Source: Oikopleura dioica
Taxonomy: Eukaryota; Animalia; Chordata
Length of the DNA stretch: 64,000 nucleotides
Assembly (NCBI GenBank): GCA_907165135.1
Contig: OU015567.1
Span: 10,354,001-10,418,000 of the forward strand
Direction: 5' to 3'
The notes beneath the pieces were generated by a model. That model did not search any database, was not told where the DNA came from, and worked only from the letters and a program-made list of their open reading frames with translations. This document shows, in pieces, positions 48,401 to 63,100 of this stretch. Made by a program: the position numbers and the translations under genes. The stretch's first letter is position 1; each line of letters opens with the position of its first letter.

Positions 48401-51400
48401 AAGGTGACTTTCGTCGATGGCGTAGAAAGGATTGAAGTTCCAAGTTTCACGATTGCTGGCATGTCCGAGAAAGAGATCATGGATATGAACGAAGAGCTTT
48501 ATCAGATGTCAGACAGAGCTCCTGATACGTTTAGTGGAAGATCTCAACGTAAACGCGATGGCTTGTACTTCGACGAAATGGGCCGCAGACGATACCTTCA
48601 TAAAGAAAGTGACAGATATCGATCGCCTTCTCCGGACTGGCGCGTTCGTAGAGATGGTCGACATAGACGAGACGATCGCGATAGAAGATCGCCTCCGCGT
48701 GAAGCTCGCCGATCCCCTCCCCGCCGTCGTCGGCGGTCGAGTGGATCTCCCGAGTTCACTCGCAATGAATACGATAAGAAGCGATACAAGAATGTGTCTG
48801 GCTTCTACCCAGACGGAACACCTCGATGGGGCCCTGATCATCCCGATTTTGATATGGAAAGAGACAAGATTCCGTATTGGTATTGTGTCAAGCATGGAAT
48901 CAAGGCGAAAGAACACAAAGGATGGCGTAGCACAGAACAGAATAATACCACTGATTTGATGCCTATTGAAAAGTGGGGCTTCGACAGAAAACGCATGCGT
49001 CAAGATGTTGATAAAATGTATGAAGGCAAAAAAGAAGCTCACGGATGGGGGACCAAAGGAGCTGATTATGAAGCAAGGCGCGAGCGTGATATGGAAAAGC
49101 GCGAGAGACCTATCAGTCCTGAACGGAGACGAAGGAGACAGAGTTACGAAAATCGTGTTCGTTATTCTGACGAAGAGGATAGCCAAGAGCGAGTCTTTGA
49201 AGCTGGTAATGATCGCCTTCGTGATGCTATCGGTCGTCGACATGGAAGAGACTCATCGCCTCAGCGACAAAGAAAATATTCAGCAGAGCACGATGATCGC
49301 TCTAGCAGACGTCGACATTATAGTAGCTCACCAGAAGATAGATCTCATCGAAGAAGAAGATATAGCGGCTCACCTGAAGATAGATCATCTCGAAGGAGAA
49401 GGGATGACAGGCGTAGGCCAGAAGATGTTGATGGCCGAGATGAAAATATGGTTGATGATATCGTGGATATCTTGCATTCGCGGCGTTATGGAAAGGAATC
49501 GGAAAAGATACGAGACATTCCAGAGGACGAGCGTGACGCAAGAAAGAAGAAACGAGAAGAACGCTGGGAAAAGAAACGCAAGAAAGAAGAGAAGAAAGAG
49601 AAGAAGCGCAAAAAGAAAGAGAAACTCGAAGAGCTCGAGGAGAATCTCAAAGAAAAAGTACTCAAGAAAATCGACGAAAAAATTTCATCCCTCAGCAAGA
49701 AACGGAAGGGTGACGATTCAGATGCTGAGCGTAAGTCTTCCTCGACAAATAGTGGCGGTGAAAACGAGGGAGATGAACATGAGAAACCTCAAGAAATCTC
49801 ATCTGATTCCGAAATTAGTGACAATGAACACGGCGCGAGAAGAAGTCAGCCTCATGAAATCTCTTCTGAATCTGAGCCCCACACTGACCAAGAGTTCTTT
49901 GATCTCCCATCACCAACTGAGGAGGGCGAGGTTGTTCCTTCAAAGGAAGAATTCGAAGAGTACGGAAAGGAGAACTTCTCAAAAATGGAGCGAGAGTTTA
50001 GTTTGAAGGAGAAAATTCGTAGACGGCTGATCGAGCGAGAATCTTTCCTTCCGTTTGGTTCTGTACGATTTGATACGAAAGGAGCTCCGGTCGAATATCA
50101 AACTGATATTCACAAGATGTTTGACGAGTTAAAGGTTGGTAAAATATTCTTTGGAATGATTATTTCAAATTATTTATTTGTCAACGTGCGTTTTGTTGTT
50201 GCGAGGAAATATGGTAGAAAACATCCGTTGACATGTAATCATTGGTAACATATTCAAATTTACAGTTGTCGCTCGGTCAAAAAAAATAATGGAATATAGG
50301 AGAAACTAGAACGAGAGAAGAATAATCCTGAGCCGGAACAGTCAGTTGCCGAACGCGTCAAGTCGAAGACCTTCTTTGATTCGATTACGAATGCTCAAGA
50401 GCCAATTATGACTGATATTGAGACGGATAATGAGTATGAAACGGCAGCGGAACAATCAGACTACGAGGAGGACGAGCTGGAAATTGAGATTTCTACTACA
50501 CTGAGGCCATCATTTGACGTTCTGAATCCGGCAGAATTAGCCGCCGCGCAGAAAAATGCTGAAAAGATTGTCAGGTAAATTTATTGTCTATTTTATTTGC
50601 ATTTAATATCCAATTATGCAGACGAGTTACATCACCCACGGAGCAAAAACCAGTTTCTTTGACCATAAAGCCGTCAAAGCCAGCGAAGCAAATCACTCAC
50701 TCAGTAGATCTTGACTCTGAAACAGAGTTCGACCCCGCTCCGCCAGAAACATCCGCCTTTGGAGATGCTCCCCCGAAGCCCGTCTCGCCACCCAGGAGCA
50801 GGAAATCGCGACAAGAACCAAGGACTTCAACTGAAGAATCTAAATCAATTGAAGGTCGAACGCCTTCTTGGGCAGCGCCAACGGAGAAAAGTGATGAGCC
50901 ACGCCCCGTCCCGCCGCCATCAATCACCAAAAAGGATGAGTTGATGCCCGATCGAAGGCGTACGAGAAAAAAATCATCCCCCGAACCGCGAGAAGATTTG
51001 ATGCCCGATCGACGAAAAACAAGGAGGAAATCATCTCCAGAGCCTCGCTCAACGCGTTCCAGTGCTAGTATCAAAAAAACTGCTGAATCGTCTCGACCTT
51101 CCGATCGAAGTCCAACGACCTCAAAGCCGAACAAGAGTTACAGCAAACATCGCGATAGAACAGAAGATTCTCATGAGAAAAAGTCGAAGGCCTCAAAACG
51201 TCGAAAATCTCCTTCTCCTGTCAAGGCGAGAGCGTACTCCCCGCGAAAGACGCGAGGTCAACGGGCTGCTGAAGCGAAAGACGCAAAAAGCAATATGGAA
51301 AATTTCGAAAATATGCCTACGTTGTGGGTGAGCCCAGAACGAAATCGAGATGATAAATCCCAGCCTTCAACTTCAAAAAGTAGACGTTCAAGGTCGAAAA

Positions 51401-52020
51401 CCCCGAAACGCAGATCAGCAGAAAGGAAACCAACAAAGAAATCCAGATCGCGATCTAAAACCCCAAAACCTTCATCGACAGCTGCACCTGAAAGGCGAAG
51501 CTCAAAACGAAAACGAGACTCCTCGTCTGAGGTTCGTACTAATGAAGTAATCTAGTTATTAAAATGCTCATAGGGTAAAAAGAAAGAGCGTTCTCGCAGA
51601 GACTCTATTGACGCTTTTGATGATATCAAACCAAAATCAGACGTCACGACGAACGATTTAAAGGTACTGTATTCTTCATCCTAAAACCATACAAATTTTC
51701 AAAAGGCAAGACTTCTAAAGCGGATGCGGGAGCGTAAAGAAGGCAAAGATTCACGATCACCAAGTCCTTCACCAAAGAAACTATTTGCTGCATCATCTTC
51801 TGGTGGTTTCGGAAAATTGAAGGAGTCATCGCCCAAACCAGAAGAAACAAAAAAGCCCGAAACATCTCTTGATCGTTTGAAGAGGCGTCTTCAGGCTAGA
51901 AAACGAAGAGAAGAGAACCCTGACGCTGATGGAAACGACAGTGATCTCGAATCCATCGCTCCATCGGAGACATCTATTCTTGCTGTAGAAAAAGGACTCA
52001 AAAAGTTAATCGAAAAATAG
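42493..52020 (+). CDS. Very large RNA-binding protein: RGG, dsRBD, Pro-rich, C2H2 (matrin-like) finger, 3 RanBP2-type fingers, RS/RE-rich
   Basis: dsRBD LNELVHYC...GPPHKPVFTF...KQKAKHAAA; small exons 44722-44795, 45312-45421 and 45466-45531 give GTQFIYEF...YYCALC...DHLTSHGHKLGYL and link the halves; WQC..C...N...CLNC, WLCKVC...CFGC, WWCESC...CHEC. Exact 5' start uncertain. Confidence 0.7.
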
Positions 52021-52225
52021 TTAATATCACAAATTATTAATCGAAAATGACTGTAGTTAAACGGCCCTTCAAGCTAACCAACTCTTGACCAAAACACATT
52101 TCACTCTCACTTCTTTAGAGCTCATTTATTGAAAAAATATTGTCATTTTTACTGCTGCTTCACATATTTTTCTTCACTGAAAATATCTACTTAATAATTT
52201 AAATTTAATTTGTTTCAATTCTCAG

Positions 52226-53647
52226 ATGCTTCGATTGGTACGAAAGGGAGTTTCGCAGCGAGCCCTGTCTGCTGGATCTCCAGTTTTCCCTGGAACTGGC
52301 CTCAACGAGGATCAGCTTGTCTGGCAAGACGCCGCTCAAAAGTGGGGTGCCGCAGAGCTCGGTCCGTACTCGGCTGAGTGGGACGCTAAATGCCACTATC
52401 CAATCGACGTTATCAAGGTAAAATGATAAATGAAGATGGATGTTTTCCGTCTTGGGATCTGACAACGATTGCTTATCCTCAAAAATTTATGTAGTCCTCA
52501 GCTGAACAAGGTTTTCTTGGACTGTATACTTCCGAAGATGTTGGAGGCATGGGCCTTTCCCGATTGGAAACGTCTATTGTTGTTGAGGTAGATATACTCG
52601 CTGACGATTTATTTATATCAACCCCATCCCTTATAAAGCCAGTGCTCATAAAAGATATTTTCGCAGATGATTTTAGATATTTCTTCAAAGAAGGTACAAT
52701 CATCGAGCCCCGATCTTGAGCAGAATTTTCCTCTGAAACCCAATAATTTACAATAAATTAAGGCACTGAGTGAGCATTGTGTTCCCACCACGGCCATGAT
52801 GACGATTCACAATATGGTATCCTGGATGATCGATGTTAACGGAACTCCCGAACAGCGGGAAGAATTTTGCCCAAGATTGACGTCCGGCGAAATCATCGGC
52901 TCTTACTGTCTTACTGAGCCTGGCTCCGGCTCCGATGCCTCTGCTTTGGCTACTACTTGCATTCGTGATGGCGATGACTATGTTCTCAACGGCTCAAAGT
53001 GCTTCATCTCCGGCGCAGGCGTCCATGATCTCTATGCCGTCATGGTCCGAACTGACCCTTCCACTAAGGGGCCAAAGGGAATTTCTTGCGTTCTTATTCC
53101 AAAAGATACTCCTGGTCTTTCATTCGGAAAGGACGAAACTAAAATGGGCTGGAAGTCCCATCCGACTAGAGTTCTTATCATGGAAAACTGCCGAGTGCCA
53201 GTCAAAAATCTTCTTGGCGTCGAAGGCAAAGGCTTCAATATTGCCATGTCTGGTCTTAACGGTGGTCGAGTAAATATCGCTAGCTGCTCTCTCGGTGGCG
53301 CCCAGAAGGCCATCTTAGCCGCAAAGAACATATCGGCGTGCGAAAGGCGTTCGGACAGACTCTTGACAGACAACAGTATCTTCAGTACAAAATGGCCGAA
53401 CTTGCTACGCAATTGGTGACCTCGCGACTTATGGTTCGACACGCAGCTTCGGCTATTGGTAAACAAAGAATTTAATATTTCTTGTCTTACAAAATTTTTA
53501 GACAATAAGGATCCAGCTGCTGCTTCTCTCTGTGCCATGGCGAAGCTTCACGCTACTGATAGTTGCTCTGAAGTCGCTAACGGGTATGTTTCGCGATATC
53601 TTGTCTGAAAAACAAACTTTTCAAGTTGCTTGCAAATGTTTGGTGGA
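52226..53647 (+). CDS. ACAD8: Isobutyryl-CoA dehydrogenase (acyl-CoA dehydrogenase family), truncated by the assembly gap
   Basis: TIHNMVSWMID, SYCLTEPGSGSDA, LNGSKCFISGAG, GKDETKMGW, GLNGGRVNIASCSLG, VRKAFG, LQMFGG; one apparent frameshift at 53323-53325. Confidence 0.9.
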
Positions 53648-54147
53648 NNNNNNNNNNNNNNNNNNNNNNNNNNNNNNNNNNNNNNNNNNNNNNNNNNNNN
53701 NNNNNNNNNNNNNNNNNNNNNNNNNNNNNNNNNNNNNNNNNNNNNNNNNNNNNNNNNNNNNNNNNNNNNNNNNNNNNNNNNNNNNNNNNNNNNNNNNNNN
53801 NNNNNNNNNNNNNNNNNNNNNNNNNNNNNNNNNNNNNNNNNNNNNNNNNNNNNNNNNNNNNNNNNNNNNNNNNNNNNNNNNNNNNNNNNNNNNNNNNNNN
53901 NNNNNNNNNNNNNNNNNNNNNNNNNNNNNNNNNNNNNNNNNNNNNNNNNNNNNNNNNNNNNNNNNNNNNNNNNNNNNNNNNNNNNNNNNNNNNNNNNNNN
54001 NNNNNNNNNNNNNNNNNNNNNNNNNNNNNNNNNNNNNNNNNNNNNNNNNNNNNNNNNNNNNNNNNNNNNNNNNNNNNNNNNNNNNNNNNNNNNNNNNNNN
54101 NNNNNNNNNNNNNNNNNNNNNNNNNNNNNNNNNNNNNNNNNNNNNNN
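53648..54147. other. Assembly gap (500 N)
   Basis: Run of N of exactly round length. Confidence 0.99.
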
Positions 54148-57100
54148 CCTTCGCGTCCGCTGATGAATGTGTTTTATGCCCAGCCGGATTTGCTTGTTCT
54201 GGTAGTGGCAAAATCGATGCTTCTCATAAAACAGCATGCACCGCTGGTTACTACTGTCCTGACGGCCAATCTCAACAAACCAACGTCGAATATGAATGCC
54301 CCAAAGGCTATTATTGCCCTGTAGGATCTCCTTATCCAGTTGCTTGTGAACCGGGAACTTATAATCAATTCGAAAGAAAAGATGCCGACACAGACTGCCT
54401 CCCATGCACAGAGGGCTACGCCTGTCCCGGATATGGTAACACCGCTGCAGATAAGGCATGTGAAGCTGGTTATTATTGTCCTGCAGACAGTACATCAACA
54501 CGAGAAGAACCCTGTCCAGCCGGTTATTACTGTCTAGAGTTGCAGAGCAGAGGTGATATCAATCCTTGTCCTCAAGGAACTTGGTCTGATAGAGAACGAC
54601 TAACCAGTCAAGAAGAATGTCAACTGTGTCCAGCAGGAAAGCTTTGTGAATGGACCACGGATCCACTTAGCGATTACAATGACTTGCAATCTTGCCCAGC
54701 TGGCTTTTATTGTATTGATGGAGAGCAATTCGAATGTCCTGAAGGTCACTACTGTCCGACACAAGAAATGTCAATGTACATACCGTGTCCTGAAGGTACT
54801 TATCAACCTGATTTTGGAAAGGATAGTTGCATTGCTTGCGGTATTGGCCAAGATTGTCCATTTTCCGATCTTGGACGAACAAGCCCAGAAAACTGCAATG
54901 ACGGTTGGTTCTGCGCCGAACAAACTCTTCTTCCTGATTATATTTACCCTGTTCCTTGTGATCCAGGAACATATCACGATGCAGCATCAGGTGCTCTTAC
55001 AAGTGCTACATGCAAAACATGTGAGGCTGGAAAATACTGCAACACAATCGGTCTTTCTAGCTCATCCCGTTGCGAGGCTGGTTATAATTGCAACGCAGGA
55101 TCAGATCATGCCGCTCCAGACGCATCCTGTCCTGGGATTGGAGAGGGAGACATTTGTGCAGAAGGAAAATATTGCTCATCCGGCCAGCCAGAAGCAGATT
55201 GCAGAGATGGTACCATCAGTCCCTTCACTGGAACAAGCACTTGTTTCTCATGTCCGAAAGGATTTTCTTGTAATGATAAAATCACCCTCAATGAATGCGC
55301 TGATAACAGTTACTGTGAAAGAGGACGACCTCCAAAAGAATGCAGTCCTGGAGAGTTCAATGATAATAATCGTGGAACATCAAGAAATGCCTGCGAAAAA
55401 TGCCGTCCAGGTCATTATTGTGAAGGTGGAACTAATTTCTTACCTCAAATGTGTTCTGCTGGAACGAGCTGTTTCCGAGCAGATTCCGAAACACCTTGTG
55501 TAGCTGGAGAATTCTGCCCTGCTAATTCAACACTGCCTTTACTTTGTCCTCCTGGCATGGAGTGCTTGGACCCATCAACTCCGACAACATGTCCTGATGG
55601 GTCTTATTGTGCTCCAACAAGTAATGAGTCCGACTGCCCACAAGGTCATTTCTGTAATTCCACTGAAGTCTACCCGCAACCGTGTAATATGGGAACATAT
55701 AATGACCAGTTCAATCAATCAGATGAGTCAGTCGCCTGTAAAAACTGTGGTAATGGACGATATTGTCCAGGTGTCGGCACAACTCAAAGTTCTTCAAGCA
55801 TCTGTGATGACGGCTACTACTGTCCTGATTCTCAGCCGAATTACGAAGCAACTTCAATCATTTGTCCGCCGGGAAGTTTCTGCAGTAACACCGGAGAAAA
55901 AGAAGCATGCGATGCTAAAACGTATTCTCCAACTGAAGGATCTAGCGAGTGCATTGATTGCCCCGATGCTTTCATGTGTGATAATCAGCAAATTATTCCA
56001 GAGCCTTGTGATGAAGGCAAATACTGTCAGAACGGCGAAGAAAATACTTGTGGAAGCTCAAATCTTGGCTATTACAGAGATCTTAAATATGGCGTCACCG
56101 AAGAGGACTGTTTTACTTGCCCAGAAGGTTACTTCTGCGATCGAACCGGCATACTCAATACAACCAATGAATGTGAGCCTGGATACTTCTGCACACAGCT
56201 TGGTGATGCTGCTCAGCCATCCGGTAGATACATCGATGATGCCGCTATCTGTCCCGCTGGATACTTCTGTGAAGATGGAAATCAACGAAAACCATGTCCT
56301 CCGGGAACCTATAATCCATCTCAAGGTGCCAAAACTGAAAATGACTGCATCGATTGTACAGGAGATTGTCCATATGAAGCAATGACTGCTGATAGCCAGT
56401 GTCCGGCAGGCTACGATTGTGCGAATGCTACTGTGAGATGCCCAGCTGGATATTTCTGCGCGCCTGGTGTCGGAAAAGCGCATTGTCCTGAAGGAACTTG
56501 GACTGATCGTCTCGGACTCAAATCAGCGGATGAATGCTACGATTGTCCAGAGGGATATTATTGCCCACAACGCGTTGATGGGGATCCACCTCTTGCTAGT
56601 TTTTCAGACATAAGCTCATCGTATGTATGCAATCCAGGATACTACTGTCCAAAAGGATCGTCAAGAGGAACTGAAAGACAATGTCCGACAGGTTTCAGAT
56701 GTCCCGTCGGAAGTTCAATCTATTTGGAATGTGAGCCTATTCATTATTCTGGACCAGGGCAAGCAAGTTGTGATCCCTGTGAAAGCGGTTTTACTTGCTT
56801 CTACGCAGATGCTGACTCGAACGGGCAGAGAAAATCGATCAGAGAAACATGTCCTTACGGAAAGTACTGTCCTGGTTATGGTGCTATTTCAGATCCGCCT
56901 GGGGGTCAAAATCTATGCCCTGTTGGAAAATATGGCCCATCACAAGGAGCAGCTCAAGCCGATGATTGCAAACCATGTCCTGAAGGGTCTTATTGCAACA
57001 TCCCAGGTCAAGGAACAGATAACCTGGAGAATTGTGGCGATGGAAGCTACTGCCCAGAGGGAAGTAGAGTTGAAGCTCAAGAAGCTTGCCCAGCAGGAAA

Positions 57101-60100
57101 TGCTTGCAATAATGGAGTTACATTTGAATGTCCAGAAAATCAATTTTCTATCGAAGTCGGTTCAACTCAATGCTCTCCGTGTAACAAAGGCTACAAGTGT
57201 AATGGCGGTGATAATGTGACAGACTGTGAAGAAGGAAAATATTGTACTAGCGCTGGAGCTCTTCTTTGTCCTGCTGGAACCTATAATAGCTACACGACTG
57301 GAGGTTCTCTTGAGGATTGCATCCCATGTCCTGCTGGTAAAATTTGTCCTGAAGAAGGAGCAATCGATACTTCCAATGCTCTTGATTGCGATGCCGGCTT
57401 CTATTGTGCAGGTGGGAACACGGATATTTCTAAAGAGAGCTGCTCTGTTGGGTCATTCTGCCCATTGGGATCTCGTTTCCCTACCGCTTGTCCACCAGGT
57501 TATGAGTGTGATGGAACTAATGCTGTCGACTGTGGCCCAGGAGATGCATGCAAGATAGGATCTGACATTCTTCCATGTCCTGAGGGTCATTTCTGTAATG
57601 CGACTATCTCCAGATATCCGATCAGCTGTAATAGAGGCACGTCAAACTTTGGCATATCTGAAGATAGTATCGATGGGTGCACTCCATGTGAAAATGAAGT
57701 TTGTGATGCAGTTGGCCTCGGCGGCACATTGAACAATATCGACACCCCATGTCTTGGTGGATACTACTGTGATAAAGAAGCGGACCGACCAGATTTCAAA
57801 CAATGTCCTGCGGGATCAAAATGTCCAGACGATAGTTCAGAAGCTGAAGAATGCTCTGAAGGCACTTTCCAGCCATCACAGGGTCAGACAGAATGCGAAA
57901 TGTGCCTTGATGGTTTCCTCTGCGTGAATAACTTCACTGATCCGTTTGCAGATCCATGTCCACAAGGTAGCTACTGCGCTAATGCTAAACAGACATTGTG
58001 TCCGAAAGGGACCTGGCTAGGTCTTCAAGCGCAAGTTAATGTCAGTTCCTGCGATAGATGTCCAAATGGCAAAGCTTGTCCTGATAGAGGTATTGCTGCG
58101 ATAGTTGACATGGAAGATTGTCAGAATGGATACACCTGCATTTCTGGTGCAACGAAAAGAAACCCATCAACAACTAAACTTGGAGGCTTCCTTTTGACAG
58201 GTCGATGTGAACCCGGAACATACTGTGATAATACTGATGTTTCAAAAATAACTTATCCCATAAAATGTCCTCTTGGAACTTATCGAGATCGACGTGGTGC
58301 TGAGAACCAGGACGATTGCTATCCATGTTCGGCTGGTCACTTTTGCGGTGAAACTGGAATAGATATCAAACCGAATGCTACAACTGAATGCGCAGCAAAA
58401 TTCAACTGTGATATTCAAGGTTTAACAAGGTTGTATGGAGCTATTGATGAGTTTGGAAGTTCATTTGATCCCCTCGAGTTAGCGTTTCCAACTCTTCCTT
58501 TTGATCAAAATCCTTGTGAAGCAGGTCATTATTGCGAAAAGGGTAGCTCTTCTGATTCTAAGTGTCCATGCAAAAAGGGCTCCTACAATGCCGCGGAATA
58601 CAACGACGATCCTTCTTGCACAGAATGTACTCCTGGATTTTATTGTGAGACCGACGGACAAACCGACGTGAGTGAAGAATGTACAGAAGGATACTATTGC
58701 CCAGCTGGAAGCAAATCAGCTAGAAATAAGTGCGGGAGAACAATGCAATGCCCAGAAGGGTCTGCTGATGAACAAGATTGTAAACCAGGATTTTATAACA
58801 AGGAAACCGGTCAGCCCGACTGTCAAAAGTGCCCAGATGGAAAGTTCTGTGATCCACGCGAAGGTGGAACTCTTCCTTGTCCCAAAGGTTTTACTTGCAA
58901 AATGGCATCCGAGGATGAACCACTCAAAAAGTGCCCGAAAGGAACATATAAAATTCGAGAAGGAAATAGTGAATGCCTTGAATGCCCATTGGGTAAATAT
59001 TGTGACGGTGCAGAGCCATGGGAAACTACTGGCGATTGTGCTGGTGGCTTTGTTTGCAACAGTGGTGGCTTTGCTGAATATCCATTTGACACCGCTAATT
59101 TTACTGCCTGCCTTCCAGATTCATCATCAGCTGAGTGTGAGCCTGGACATTGGTGCGACGGTGCAAGGCAAACTCCGTGTGACCCAGGATCTTACATGCC
59201 ACATGGAAAAGCAAGTCAATGTATCGAATGTCCTGATGGATATGCTTGCAATGATTCTGGTATCATTGATATTGAGGATTACGCATGCGAACCAGGATAT
59301 ATTTGCACTGGTGGTCTCATCCAAATTCCTTGCGAGCCAGGAACATATAATCCGCGACCATATGGAATATCAAAAGAATTGGATTGCCTTCCGTGTCCAA
59401 GAGGATACGTCTGCCCTAACTCAGGAATGTCTGATGTCACAGCGGATAACCTTTGCTCAGCGCGACATTATTGTCCAAAAGGATCTGCAATCGAGCAACT
59501 ATGTCCTCAAGGATTCTATTGTCCGAACTTACCAGAAGATAATGCTGGTGCTTCTCCTATTCGTTGCCCAGCTGGATACGACTGCTCTGAAGGAGGAATC
59601 GAAAATTTCACAGAGAATCCCTGTCCACCAGGACTTTTCTGCCCAACTGGAATGCGTGTATCATCAGACGCTATCAGCTGTCCCATTGGTAGTTATTGTG
59701 AACCAGCAACATCGCATCCAGTTTTATGTCCACCGGGTCATTATGGACCCCAAGAAGGTCTCTCAGACGAAGGCGACTGCGAACAATGTACTGAGGGTTT
59801 CTTCTGTCCTGGATATGGAAACACTCCGGATACTATGCAACCTTGTTTGGCTGGTTATTACTGCCCTGCTGGAAGCGACCGAGGAAATCAACTCGTTTGT
59901 CCCGAAGGATTTATGTGCCCAGAAGGTAGTGAAATGCCAATTGCGTGCAACGTCGAAGCCGGCGACTCTGATGGTGGTGTATATCAAGATCAAAGAGGTC
60001 AGGCAAACTGTAAGAAATGCCCTGCTGGCTTTTACTGTTATGTGAACAATGATGGCTCAGGTGAAACTGGAGTTGTTGTTCCTGCGCTTTGCCCAGCTGG

Positions 60101-63100
60101 TTTCTATTGCCCTCCAGAGACAGGCGACTATTCCGAGACCATGTGTGAACCTGGAAGTTACAACGGAGTTCTTGGTGCAACTGATCCAACTGAGTGCACA
60201 CCTTGCTGGGGTGGCTACTACTGTCCAAGTGAAGGCCATTCTACAGGTGACGGAAAGACAAATGACGATCCAACTGAAAAACTCTGCGAGGAAGGATACT
60301 ACTGTCCAGCTGGTTCTATCAGTAAATTCGAAGAAGAGTGTCCCGGAGGTGCCTATTGTGAGGCCGGATCTTCTGGTTATCATCCATGTCCAAGAGGAAC
60401 GTCAAGATCAAGCAAAGCTGGAGCTGTTTCAGTTGATGAATGCAAGCCCTGCCCAGCTGGATATTACTGCCGATTTGGTGATTCTGGTGATGTTGAGAGT
60501 ATAACTGAGACACGATGCGAGAAGGGCTTTGTATGTGTTGAAGGAGCATATCTTCCAGCACCAAATGATGACAATAGCACAGATCCATTCAGCCCTACCT
60601 TTGATTGCGACGGCCTCAGAACGAATGAAACATATTCTCACGGACAAGCTTGTATCGACAAAGCATACGATCTTGGATACACTGGATTCCCATGTCCGAA
60701 AGGATTCCGTTGTCATCAACGATCAGCAGCACAGCAGCTTGACATCTGCGCTCGTGGATATTACCAAGATCAATACGCTCAATCTGACTGCAAGCCATGT
60801 CCAAGAGGTTATTTTTGCCAAGAACTTGGAACACACGAGCCTGAAGTTTGTCCAGTCGGTCATTATTGTCCTGCTAGACTTGAAAATCCGATCCCGTGTT
60901 CTCCTGGATTTTATTCCAATGTCACTGGTCTTTATGAGTCGAGCCAGTGTAAACAGTGTCCAGCGGGTCACTTCTGCAAGGGTGAAAATCACATAGATAT
61001 TTGTGAGGGTGGTTACTTCTGCAGGCGCGGTGCTTCATCAGGAAAACCATCATTTGACCAAAACGGCAATGGCGAATGCCCGAGAGGATATTATTGCGAA
61101 GCCGGAACTGTTCTTCCGAAACCGTGTGCTCCAGGCCGCCATGGTCAGGCAAAATTGCTTGAATCTGCGGATTCTTGTGACCCTTGCCCTGCTGGCAACT
61201 ACTGTCCGTATAAATCGATGAATTCGTTAGAATATCCATTGAACAGCTTTAAATGCAAAGATGGCTTCTATTGCGACCCACAAAATGTAACTGATGATAC
61301 ACTCATTACTGTTCCAGATCCAATGAACTTTATCTGTCGCCCAGGTAGCTCCTGCCAAGCTGGAAGACACCAAGAATGCCGAGAAACTCGATATCAATCC
61401 GCTGCCGGCCAAGGAGACTGTCTTCCAAATCCTCCGGGCTCGATGGCCGACGTCGCAGGAACTGCTTTCCCCGAGCAGTGTCCGCTTGGTAAATTCTGTA
61501 GTTCTTCTTCATTTTCGTCCTTTTGTGAGCCAGGAACATACAATGATGAATCGAATAATATGGGTCGTCAAAGCGATTGTAAGCCTTGTCCAGCAGGAAA
61601 GTACTGTAACAACGGTTTTATCGAAGGAGATTGCTATGGCGGAACGATGTGCTACGGGGGCTCGTCAACTCCAAATCAGGACAATCCCGACAAGATCTGC
61701 CCAGATGGGTACTACTGTCCTGAGGGCACAAACGAAACTCAAATATGCGATGACGGAGAATTTATCAAGGGTACCGGTCAGCCAAGTGACGCTGATTGCA
61801 AACCTTGTCTGGATGGTGAATATTGTCCTGAAAGCGCCAAAACAGTAGCTGAGTGCGGAAAAGGAGGCTGGTGCGAAGACGGAAAATTCTTTCCTTGCCC
61901 AGAAGGTACATACAATGACGAAACATCAGGAAAATCTGAAGCTGGTGCATGTAAGCCTTGTCCAGTTGGTCACACCTGTCCGCATGAAGGAATGACTGAG
62001 CCGAAGCGATTCCCAGCACAAGCCGGTTATTTCATTAATGAGACAGGATCAGATAGCATGGACTTTCAAGAACCATGTTTACCAGGATTTTTCCTCGCAA
62101 AGACGGCATCGGAAGATATATTGGAGTGCACTCCTTGTCCTCCTGGATACTTCTGTCCCGATGAAGCCATGGACTATCAGCTCGGATGCCCAGAAGGCTC
62201 TTATTGCGTTGAAACTGAAACTGTGGCAGATGTTAATTCTACCGAACCAGCACTTTGTCCAGAAGGATACTTCTGTGACAGAACAAACAAGATCGAAAAA
62301 TGCCCAGCCGGCTATTACTGCCCAGAAGGTTCAGCGTTCCCAACAACTTGTCCTCCCGGAACATATTGTCCAGAAGACGGGCAATGTGGCTATGATAAAT
62401 TTACAGGGGAAGATCTGGGTATTTCTGCAAATAATACTTCGCCTTGCCGATGTTCTTCCGGATACTTTGAGCTTGAAGAGTCAAAGAGAGAATCTGAAGA
62501 AGATACTTGCCAAGCATGCCCACCCGGTTATTACAGGGAGCTAGACACTCGCGTAACAGAGTCTTGTTTACCATGCCGAAGTGGTGTTCTTTGTTTCTCA
62601 CCAGCAATTACTGACTTATGGAACGTAACGATCGCGAATAACACGAATACTATCAAGTGTCCTGATGGGTACTTTTGTCCAGAAGCAGCTCTCGAGCCAA
62701 TACCTTGTCCCCAAGGAACATATTACAATCTGAATGAGACTGACAATCTCGGTTTAGAATTCGAAGAAGTTTGCGAGCTTTGCCCTGTGAATACATTTTC
62801 AAATTATGAAAGATCCTTTGAATGTTCTCCTTGTGGGGATCTTGCTGAACAAAAACAAGAAGGAATGAACAAATGCCAGTGCTATGGCAAAAACCGCGTG
62901 TTCCAACCATCAAGTGGAAACTGCCCATGTCGAACAGGCTATAAAGCTTCCGAAGAAGATGGCGAGGAAGGTGATTGTCGACGAGTAATTTATGAAATCT
63001 GCGCTTCCGATCAGTTCCGAAAGTCAGATGGTAAATGCCTCACAGAAGATGCACTTGAAGAAGATTGCAGAAATTCCGGGTGTCCGGCCGGTACTTTTGT

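Noticed and set aside
48966-50006. 346-aa same-strand alternative-frame ORF (also 17092..17610 and many inside 54-63 kb)
   Set aside because: Expected in purine-rich low-complexity or repetitive coding sequence; no evidence for dual coding
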